From positions 1 through 64,000 of IMG/VR virus record IMGVR_UViG_3300032246_001180: 64,000 nucleotides of DNA. The stretch is one strand, 5' to 3'. Positions 39,540 to 45,021 of this stretch are shown one piece after another. The DNA comes from a virus. The notes beneath the pieces were generated by a model that was not told the DNA's origin, ran no database searches, and saw nothing but the letters and a program-made list of their open reading frames with translations. Every line of letters starts with the position of its first letter. The stretch's first letter is position 1. The translations under genes and the position numbers were made by a program.

Positions 39540-40318
39540 ATATCTTATTAACAGGTCACCGTGGCTTTATCGGTTCACACTTGCTTAAAGCATTAGAAGA
39601 AAAAGAACATAATGTATCAACCTATGAGTGGGATGATGGCAATATGCCTAGTATCATGGAACAAGATTGGGTAATCCATGTTGGTGCCATTAGTTCTACA
39701 GCCGAAAGAGATGTGGAAAAAGTGATGCGACAAAATGTGGATTTTACCACACAACTATATGACGCTTGCAAAACTTTTGGAGTTAACTTCCAATTCTCTA
39801 GTTCTGCATCTGTCTACGGTTCAGTAAGCACGTTTAAAGAAGATGCTCCTGTTGATCCTAGAACGCCCTACGCATGGTCCAAGTATCTGTGTGAGCGACA
39901 TATCAACAGACATATGGGTGGAAATGTAACTCAGATGTTTAGGTATTTTAATGTATACGGACCTGAAGGTGAAGAACACAAAGGCGACCAAGCCAGTCCA
40001 TATTATAAATTTACCAAACAGGCAAAGTATGGCGAAAAAATTAAAGTATTTGATGGTAGTGGAAAATTTCATAGAGATTTTATCCATGTCAGTCAAATCG
40101 TGGATATGCACCTTAGATTCTTAGATATTAAAGAATCTGGTACATGGAATTTTGGCACAGGTTCAACTAGAACATTTTTAGAAGTTGCGAATGAAATAGG
40201 ACAAAAATATCCATCTGTGATAGAATATGTTACTATGCCAAAAGAACTTGAACAATCATATCAAAAGTACACTTGTGCTGATATGACAAAAACTAATAAC
40301 ACACTAAACGAAAGGTAA
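39536..40318 (+). CDS. ADP-L-glycero-D-manno-heptose 6-epimerase-like (HldD/RfaD)
   Basis: TGHRGFIGS; HVGAISST; SSASVYG; YAWSK; RYFNVYGP..EHKG; YQKYTCAD. Confidence 0.82.
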   Translation: MNILLTGHRGFIGSHLLKALEEKEHNVSTYEWDDGNMPSIMEQDWVIHVGAISSTAERDVEKVMRQNVDFTTQLYDACKTFGVNFQFSSSASVYGSVSTFKEDAPVDPRTPYAWSKYLCERHINRHMGGNVTQMFRYFNVYGPEGEEHKGDQASPYYKFTKQAKYGEKIKVFDGSGKFHRDFIHVSQIVDMHLRFLDIKESGTWNFGTGSTRTFLEVANEIGQKYPSVIEYVTMPKELEQSYQKYTCADMTKTNNTLNER

Positions 40319-40321
40319 ATT

Positions 40322-40771
40322 ATGTCTATTACAATTAAAAATCTTGAGAGTGCTTTGGCTGGTGAGTCAATGGCACATATTAAGTATCGCTACTTTGCGA
40401 AGATTGCGATGGAAGAAGGATTTGAAGATGTTGCAAAACATTTTTGGCACACGGCAGACCAAGAATTACTTCATGCATGGGGTCATCTTGAGTTGTTGAT
40501 TGGTAAGCCTTCAACAAAAGAATGTCTTGAAAAGGCAATCGAAGGTGAAACCTATGAGTATACAGAAATGTATCCTAAGTTTGAAGAAGAAGCCGAATTA
40601 GAAGGCAATGATGATGCCATGCTTGAAGCTAGATTACAGGCTGCTGAAAGCAAGGAACACGCCGAACAGTTCAAACAAATTTTAATTAAAGCAGAGAAAC
40701 GATTCAACGCTTTGAAGAAAATTGAAGAACGTCATGCTAACGCATATAAACAAAAATTAGGAGAACTATAA
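40322..40771 (+). CDS. Rubrerythrin (diiron domain only)
   Basis: NLESALAGESMA; QELLHA; AIEGETYEYTEMYP; ESKEHA. Confidence 0.88.
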   Translation: MSITIKNLESALAGESMAHIKYRYFAKIAMEEGFEDVAKHFWHTADQELLHAWGHLELLIGKPSTKECLEKAIEGETYEYTEMYPKFEEEAELEGNDDAMLEARLQAAESKEHAEQFKQILIKAEKRFNALKKIEERHANAYKQKLGEL

Positions 40772-40911
40772 TGGAAATCGAAAATCAATATGTTTGTATT
40801 GTTTGTGGCCATGTTCACCACGAACAAACTGAAGGTCGTTGGGAAGATTTACCTGATGATTTCACTTGTCCAGAATGTGGTTGTGGTAAAGAAGATTACG
40901 AATTACTGTGA
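40771..40911 (+). CDS. Rubredoxin (46 aa, not in ORF track)
   Basis: MEIENQYVCIVCGHVH...WEDLPDDFTCPECGCGKEDYELL; two CxxC; AGGAG SD. Confidence 0.88.
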   Translation: MEIENQYVCIVCGHVHHEQTEGRWEDLPDDFTCPECGCGKEDYELL

Positions 40912-41465
40912 AACAAAAATTCATTAACGCTTACATGGATGTTGCCCGCCGTTTTGCACAGTTATCTAGTGCAAGACGATTAAAGGTGGGTGCCATCATT
41001 GTCAAAGACGATAGGATTATTTCTATTGGTTACAATGGTATGCCTGCCGGTTGGGACAATAATTGTGAACATAAAGAATATATGGATCCAGATGCTGGTG
41101 GTTGGTTAAGTCCGGATGAAATTGAACAACGATGGCCTAACCAAGAACAACAATTACCAAAAGAATCAAATATTTGGAAACGATATTCTCTTAAAACCAA
41201 AGATGAAGTCATTCATGCCGAAGCTAATGCGATTGCCAAACTTGCTAAGTGTACCGAATCAGGGGACGGATCCACCATGTTCCTGACCCATGCACCGTGC
41301 ATACATTGTGCCAAACAGATTTATACCGCAGGCATTAAAACGGTATATTTTGGTTCGGCATATAGGGACGATATAGGCTTGACATTTCTGAAAAAGTGTG
41401 ATATACTAGTACATCAAGTGAATAGAGATGTTTCACCTGGTGAAATTGACACTATCGCTAAATAG
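40908..41465 (+). CDS. dCMP deaminase
   Basis: VGAIIVKD; GYNGMP; HAEANA; PCIHC. Confidence 0.9.
   Translation: MKQKFINAYMDVARRFAQLSSARRLKVGAIIVKDDRIISIGYNGMPAGWDNNCEHKEYMDPDAGGWLSPDEIEQRWPNQEQQLPKESNIWKRYSLKTKDEVIHAEANAIAKLAKCTESGDGSTMFLTHAPCIHCAKQIYTAGIKTVYFGSAYRDDIGLTFLKKCDILVHQVNRDVSPGEIDTIAK
41379..41407 (+). promoter_or_regulatory. Sigma70-type promoter inside the 3' end of dCMP deaminase
   Basis: TTGACA-17-TATACT with extended -10 TG. Confidence 0.65.
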
Positions 41466-41515
41466 AAAAGGGTGTCAGTCGTACTATAGTCTTAATTGTG
41501 CAAGGATAAGGCAAA

Positions 41516-42085
41516 ATGAAACTGAGCATAATTGGTTGTCCTGATAAAAAAAGATTTCGTCCGTATATCAAAAGAGCAGCATTGTTTTATGCTGGAGAAT
41601 TGCTTACGCCGAAAATGAGAGAAAACGTTTATATAAAAATTAAGTTTAATAGTAAGATTGATGCTTTTGGTTATGCCTCTGTAGAAGATTATAATGATAG
41701 CGGTAAACCTAGAGATTTTTTAATTGAGTTGTATCCGCATCTAGCTGCATATGATATATTGAAAACTCTAGCACATGAAATGGTTCATGTAAAGCAATAT
41801 GCATATTCAGAAATGAATGAAGAAGGAAATAGATGGAAAGGCAATCGTGTGGATTTATCAACGATTGATTACTGGACTGAACCGTGGGAAATAGAAGCAC
41901 ACGGAATGGAACCAGGATTATTTACAAAGTTTGCAATCAAGGAAAAGTTGTGGGAAGTTTTTGACTATGTGCAGAATCCAGATAGTCCAATAGTACCTGA
42001 AATGTTAGGATTTAAAGAAGATAAGTCGGAAAATATTGTAATCACAACATTAGAAACAGAAGATAACACCTATATACAATTATGA
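41516..42085 (+). CDS. Zincin-like metallopeptidase
   Basis: TLAHEMVHVKQ (HExxH) and PWEIEA. Confidence 0.7.
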   Translation: MKLSIIGCPDKKRFRPYIKRAALFYAGELLTPKMRENVYIKIKFNSKIDAFGYASVEDYNDSGKPRDFLIELYPHLAAYDILKTLAHEMVHVKQYAYSEMNEEGNRWKGNRVDLSTIDYWTEPWEIEAHGMEPGLFTKFAIKEKLWEVFDYVQNPDSPIVPEMLGFKEDKSENIVITTLETEDNTYIQL

Positions 42086-42156
42086 AAAATACAAATTACA
42101 CATCACTACCAACAAATTTATGGCTCTTGAGTTTAGCCAGAATGGGGTTCGTGTAA
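42082..42156 (+). CDS. Putative Leu-rich attenuator leader peptide (24 aa)
   Basis: MKNTNYTSLPTNLWLLSLARMGFV; ATGA overlap with upstream gene; 3' end complementary to terminator arm. Confidence 0.6.
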   Translation: MKNTNYTSLPTNLWLLSLARMGFV

Positions 42157-42181
42157 ACAATTCGTTGAGAATTACATACAG

Positions 42182-42212
42182 AACCCTAGACTAAACATCT
42201 AGGGTTTTTTTT
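42182..42212 (+). terminator. Intrinsic terminator of attenuator 1
   Basis: AACCCTAGA-ctaaaca-TCTAGGGTT within an 8-T tract. Confidence 0.82.
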
Positions 42213-42226
42213 CGTTTATGTTTTTT

Positions 42227-42303
42227 GCCCCGATGACGGAATTGGTATACGTGCTGGTCTTAGAAACCAGATTTTGCGAGTTCGACTCTCGCTTGGGGCA
42301 CCA
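42227..42303 (+). tRNA. tRNA-Leu (anticodon TAG), short variable region
   Basis: GCCCCGA/TTGGGGC acceptor; CTGGT-ct TAG aa-ACCAG; TTCGA; CCA. Confidence 0.85.
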
Positions 42304-42371
42304 ATAAAAAAGTCTTGGACACGCAGACTTTAAAGAGAAGTGGGAGTAGGTGGAAACCCTACACCGAATTT

Positions 42372-42454
42372 GCGGGTATGGTGAAATAGGTAAACACAGC
42401 AGACTTAAAATCTGCCGCTTCGGCTTGCCGGTTCGATTCTGGCTACCCGCACCA
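42372..42454 (+). tRNA. tRNA-Leu (TAA)
   Basis: GCGGGTA/TACCCGC; GCAGA-ct TAA aa-TCTGC; long variable arm; CCA. Confidence 0.9.
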
Positions 42455-42512
42455 AGTTTGTTGTTTTTTTGCAACAGTTGTTGTTTTTTTATTAAATTTT
42501 TATGAAAAGTGC

Positions 42513-42541
42513 TTGACATTTAAGAAAATATCCTATATACT
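42513..42541 (+). promoter_or_regulatory. Sigma70 promoter with predicted +1 at the ATG of leader 2
   Basis: TTGACA-17-TATACT; AT-rich upstream region; ATG begins 7 nt after the -10. Confidence 0.8.
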
Positions 42542-42547
42542 ATCACT

Positions 42548-42691
42548 ATGTTAAATTTTAAATCACACTCCTTTTTTAGAACGCCTGATGCCATGTCAAC
42601 AACATGGCAGGCTAACTATCGCTCACCGAAATGTGAGAATCCAGGTAGTATTGTCGGCAAGGGGTTTTGTGATGGAGATGGATGCTGTTAA
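42548..42691 (+). CDS. Putative all-20-amino-acid attenuator leader peptide (47 aa)
   Basis: MLNFKSHSFFRTPDAMSTTWQANYRSPKCENPGSIVGKGFCDGDGCC; contains antiterminator strand GGGTTTTGTG. Confidence 0.62.
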   Translation: MLNFKSHSFFRTPDAMSTTWQANYRSPKCENPGSIVGKGFCDGDGCC

Positions 42692-42718
42692 GTAACTAAT
42701 CTCAAAGAATACAAACAC

Positions 42719-42756
42719 AAAACCCTAGACCTAAAAAATCTAGGGTTTTTTGTTTT
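42719..42756 (+). terminator. Intrinsic terminator of attenuator 2
   Basis: AAAACCCTAGA-cctaaaaaa-TCTAGGGTTTT then TTGTTTT. Confidence 0.82.
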
Positions 42757-42784
42757 CGTTCTTACGAAAATTGCTCTTTAAAAA
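42754..42784 (+). promoter_or_regulatory. rrn-type boxB-like hairpin and boxA
   Basis: TTTCGT-tctt-ACGAAA then TGCTCTTTAAAAA (E. coli rrn boxA is TGCTCTTTAACA). Confidence 0.65.
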
Positions 42785-42799
42785 CTTATATTGCTTTGT

Positions 42800-42873
42800 T
42801 GGGACATTGTGTAGTGGTAGCACAGCAGACTTTGACTCTGTTAGTCTAGGTTCGATTCCTAGTGTCCCTGCCA
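42800..42873 (+). tRNA. tRNA-Gln (TTG)
   Basis: GCAGA-ct TTG ac-TCTGT; GGTTCGATTCC; CCA. Confidence 0.9.
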
Positions 42874-42878
42874 AAAAT

Positions 42879-42970
42879 GGAAGGTAATGCAGCGGGGTTG
42901 GTCCTGCGACTGGCCTTGAAAACCAGGTTCTGAGAAATCGGATGGGGTTCGACTCCTCTGCCTTCCACCA
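42879..42970 (+). tRNA. tRNA-Ser (TGA)
   Basis: GGAAGGT/GCCTTCC; ct TGA aa; long variable arm; CCA. Confidence 0.88.
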
Positions 42971-43095
42971 TATAAAAGCTCTTTGTGTAACTACAATGGA
43001 ACACCGAAATACTTGTCAATGTCGACCACGAACAAGGACCGGCCATGAAGAAGGGGTTATGTTCGGTTCAATTCCGTCAGAGAGCTTCTATATGG
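42968..43095 (+). ncRNA. Stem-enclosed structured RNA A (unknown)
   Basis: CCATATAAAAGCTCTTTG / CAGAGAGCTTCTATATGG 18-bp stem; internal CGG-TTCAATT-CCG T-loop. Confidence 0.55.
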
Positions 43096-43182
43096 GAGGG
43101 TTGGGTGAGTGGTTAAACCAGCGGTTTGCTAAACCGTCATCCAGAAATGGGTGCATCAGTTCGAATCTGATACCCTCCGCCA
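43095..43182 (+). tRNA. tRNA-Ser (GCT)
   Basis: GGAGGGT/ACCCTCC; GCGGT-tt GCT aa-ACCGT; long arm; CCA. Confidence 0.9.
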
Positions 43183-43187
43183 ATTTT

Positions 43188-43262
43188 CTCGCCATCGTTC
43201 AACGGATAGGACAGCATTCTTCTAAAGTGCGAATGGGGGTTCGATTCCCTCTGGCGAGGCCA
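43188..43262 (+). tRNA. tRNA-Arg (TCT)
   Basis: CTCGCCA/TGGCGAG; GCATT-ct TCT aa-AGTGC. Confidence 0.88.
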
Positions 43263-43268
43263 ATTTGT

Positions 43269-43345
43269 GTGGGCGTGCAGCTGAATGGTTAGGCACCGGA
43301 TTGCAAATCCGTATTATGCAGGTTCGAATCCTGTCGCCCACTCCA
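43269..43345 (+). tRNA. tRNA-Cys (GCA)
   Basis: GTGGGCG/CGCCCAC; U73; tt GCA aa. Confidence 0.9.
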
Positions 43346-43382
43346 AGACTGTTGTATTTTTACAACACATCGAAAATAGTGC

Positions 43383-43452
43383 TTGACTATTTCTGTGGTT
43401 CGTGTAGAATACGTTCTATCGATTGAGAAATTAATCGATTCTTTAAAAATTT
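43383..43452 (+). promoter_or_regulatory. Internal sigma70 promoter with hairpin and boxA-like element
   Basis: TTGACT-16-TAGAAT; ATCGATT..AATCGAT hairpin; TTCTTTAAAAATTT. Confidence 0.6.
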
Positions 43453-43467
43453 GATGTAGTTTTTGAT

Positions 43468-43543
43468 GCACCTATCGTCTAACGGTTAGGACGCTGCCCT
43501 TTCAAGGCGGAAACGTAGGGTTCGATTCCCTCTAGGTGTACCA
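43468..43543 (+). tRNA. tRNA-Glu (TTC)
   Basis: GCACCTA/TAGGTGT; CTGCC-ct TTC aa-GGCGG. Confidence 0.88.
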
Positions 43544-43758
43544 TACTAAAACATATTGGGTTACCAACTCCAGTAGGTACCTAGGAGAGATAATATCTGT
43601 GGCCGCACAGACTCTCGCTAGTAGTACATGAAGCAATCCGACTGTGCTGGAATCAGTTGAACCGTAATGTGGAAGTTGTCTTATCGGTAGACGAAACCGT
43701 GAGAAGCCAGATGAAGTTCTGGAACGACAACGACACCCCAATGTGTTTTAGTATGGTA
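43539..43758 (+). ncRNA. Stem-enclosed structured RNA B (unknown, about 220 nt)
   Basis: 22-bp closing stem TACCATACTAAAACATATTGGG / CCCAATGTGTTTTAGTATGGTA; several internal hairpins. Confidence 0.6.
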
Positions 43759-43780
43759 TTTTTTAAACAAGGAGAAAGTA

Positions 43781-43822
43781 ATGAAACGAAAATTAAAACC
43801 TCGAAAGATTATGGGGGTATAA
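43781..43822 (+). CDS. Lys/Arg-rich 13-aa micro-ORF overlapping tRNA-Lys
   Basis: AAGGAGA SD; MKRKLKPRKIMGV. Confidence 0.45.
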   Translation: MKRKLKPRKIMGV

Positions 43823-43887
43823 CTTAACGGCTAAAGTAGTAGGCTTTTAACCTATTAATCAGAGTTCGATTCTCTGTACCCCTACCA
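43813..43887 (+). tRNA. tRNA-Lys (TTT)
   Basis: GGGGGTA/TACCCCT; GTAGG-ct TTT aa-CCTAT. Confidence 0.9.
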
Positions 43888-43982
43888 TATAAAAACACTC
43901 TAAACTGGACGCAGGTTCTATGAAGCAAGACCTCGGGGTCATGTCCGAGAAGGTGTGGAGAATGAGAGTGTTTCTATATGGT
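43884..43982 (+). ncRNA. Stem-enclosed structured RNA C (unknown)
   Basis: ACCATATAAAAACACTCT / AGAGTGTTTCTATATGGT 18-bp stem with one A-C mismatch. Confidence 0.55.
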
Positions 43983-44054
43983 GATGTAGCACAACGGTAG
44001 TGCATCTGCTTCATACGCAGGAGGTTAGTGGCTCGATTCCACTCATCACCACCA
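43980..44054 (+). tRNA. tRNA-Met (CAT), probably elongator
   Basis: GGTGATG/CATCACC; tt CAT ac loop. Confidence 0.8.
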
Positions 44055-44060
44055 GATTTT

Positions 44061-44135
44061 GCCCCGTTAATATAACGGCTATTATGCCCGCCTGTCCAGC
44101 GGAGAACAGGAGTTCGACTCTCCTACGGGGCGCCA
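44061..44135 (+). tRNA. tRNA-Asp (GTC)
   Basis: GCCCCGT/ACGGGGC; G73; ct GTC ca. Confidence 0.87.
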
Positions 44136-44142
44136 AGTTTAT

Positions 44143-44217
44143 TCCAGAGTAGCACAGCGGTAGTGCAGTTGACTGTTAATCAATTGGTCGTAGGTTCGAT
44201 CCCTGCCTCTGGAGCCA
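44143..44217 (+). tRNA. tRNA-Asn (GTT)
   Basis: TCCAGAG/CTCTGGA; ct GTT aa. Confidence 0.92.
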
Positions 44218-44230
44218 GTTAGTAAGTTTA

Positions 44231-44319
44231 GGAAGTGTGCGCTGAATTGGTTGAAGGCAACGGACTGTAAATCCGCCACATAAGAAACATTGTAGGTTCG
44301 AATCCTACCACTTCCACCA
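44231..44319 (+). tRNA. tRNA-Tyr (GTA)
   Basis: GGAAGTG/CACTTCC; ct GTA aa; long variable region. Confidence 0.9.
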
Positions 44320-44323
44320 AATA

Positions 44324-44397
44324 GCCTCTTTAGTTTAATGGTAGAACTCCGCTTTTACACAGCGGGTACGGCAGTTCGATTCTGTCAAGAGGCACCA
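44324..44397 (+). tRNA. tRNA-Val (TAC)
   Basis: GCCTCTT/AAGAGGC; CCGCT-tt TAC ac-AGCGG. Confidence 0.88.
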
Positions 44398-44399
44398 AT

Positions 44400-44475
44400 G
44401 CCAAGATAGCTCAGTTGGTAGAGCACCTGTCTGAAGAACAGGGTGTGGTTGGTTCGATCCCAACTCTTGGTGCCA
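44400..44475 (+). tRNA. tRNA-Phe (GAA)
   Basis: GCCAAGA/TCTTGGT; CCTGT-ct GAA ga-ACAGG. Confidence 0.9.
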
Positions 44476-44483
44476 AATTTTTT

Positions 44484-44557
44484 GCCCTATTAGTTAAATG
44501 GTAGAACATCGGTTTTGTAATCCGAGGACGGGAGTTCGATTCTCTCATGGGGCACCA
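44484..44557 (+). tRNA. tRNA-Thr (TGT)
   Basis: GCCCTAT/ATGGGGC; tt TGT aa. Confidence 0.9.
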
Positions 44558-44571
44558 TTTAAAGGAATACG

Positions 44572-44817
44572 ATGTTAGATTATATCGTAACATTTTTAGC
44601 AATATTTTTACTTGATGTAGTGTACACTTATTATTTACGTTGTGTACAAAATAACAATGTCTTAGGTGCCAGTATATGGTCTATCGCTTGTTATTTGTTA
44701 GGCAGTTTAGCAGTAATTAATTATACAACAAATCATTGGTTGTTATTGCCAGCAATAGCAGGTGCTTTTTGTGGCACTTATGTGGGTATGACAATTAAAA
44801 AGAATAACGGAGTATAG
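44572..44817 (+). CDS. Small membrane protein (about 3 TM segments)
   Basis: AAAGGA SD; hydrophobic segments; stop falls inside tRNA-Pro. Confidence 0.6.
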   Translation: MLDYIVTFLAIFLLDVVYTYYLRCVQNNNVLGASIWSIACYLLGSLAVINYTTNHWLLLPAIAGAFCGTYVGMTIKKNNGV

Positions 44818-44884
44818 CACAGCCAGATAGTGCGCTCGGTTTGGGACCGAGAGGTCGCAGGTTTGATTCCTGCTACTCCGACCA
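44808..44884 (+). tRNA. tRNA-Pro (TGG)
   Basis: CGGAGTA/TACTCCG; CTCGG-tt TGG ga-CCGAG. Confidence 0.9.
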
Positions 44885-44889
44885 TTTAA

Positions 44890-44964
44890 GGGGGATTGGC
44901 GTAATTGGGAACGCAGTAGCTTTGCAAGCTTCAGTCGGGAGTTCGAATCTCCCATTCTCCACCA
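44890..44964 (+). tRNA. tRNA-Ala (TGC)
   Basis: GGGGGAT/ATTCTCC with G3-U70; tt TGC aa. Confidence 0.9.
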
Positions 44965-45021
44965 TTTTAAGTTTACAATAAAGTTTTTTAAGTTTACAAT
45001 AAAGTTTTTTAAGTTTACAAT
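44965..45021. repeat. 21-bp tandem repeat, about 2.7 copies
   Basis: Unit TTTTTTAAGTTTACAATAAAG; GTTTACAAT at 44971, 44992, 45013. Confidence 0.9.

Noticed and set aside
42082-42756. T-box riboswitches
   Set aside because: No T-box consensus (AGGGTGGNACCGCG) or Stem I seen; the antiterminator strands lie inside short ORFs instead.
42227-42970. Suppressor tRNAs or stop-codon recoding (anticodons TAG, TAA, TGA)
   Set aside because: These anticodons read CUA, UUA and UCA. Core genes are uninterrupted in the standard code and all three stop codons are used.
43539-43758. tmRNA or RNase P RNA identity for element B
   Set aside because: Too short, no Ala-type acceptor with CCA, no tag ORF and no RNase P conserved regions recognised.
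44572-44817. Membrane-protein ORF overlapping tRNA-Pro as a cognate leader
   Set aside because: Only one Pro codon; the stop coincides with the universal tRNA nt 8-10 (TAG), so the overlap is probably incidental.
44965-45021. CRISPR array
   Set aside because: Head-to-tail identical 21-mers with no unique spacers, and no cas genes in the window.
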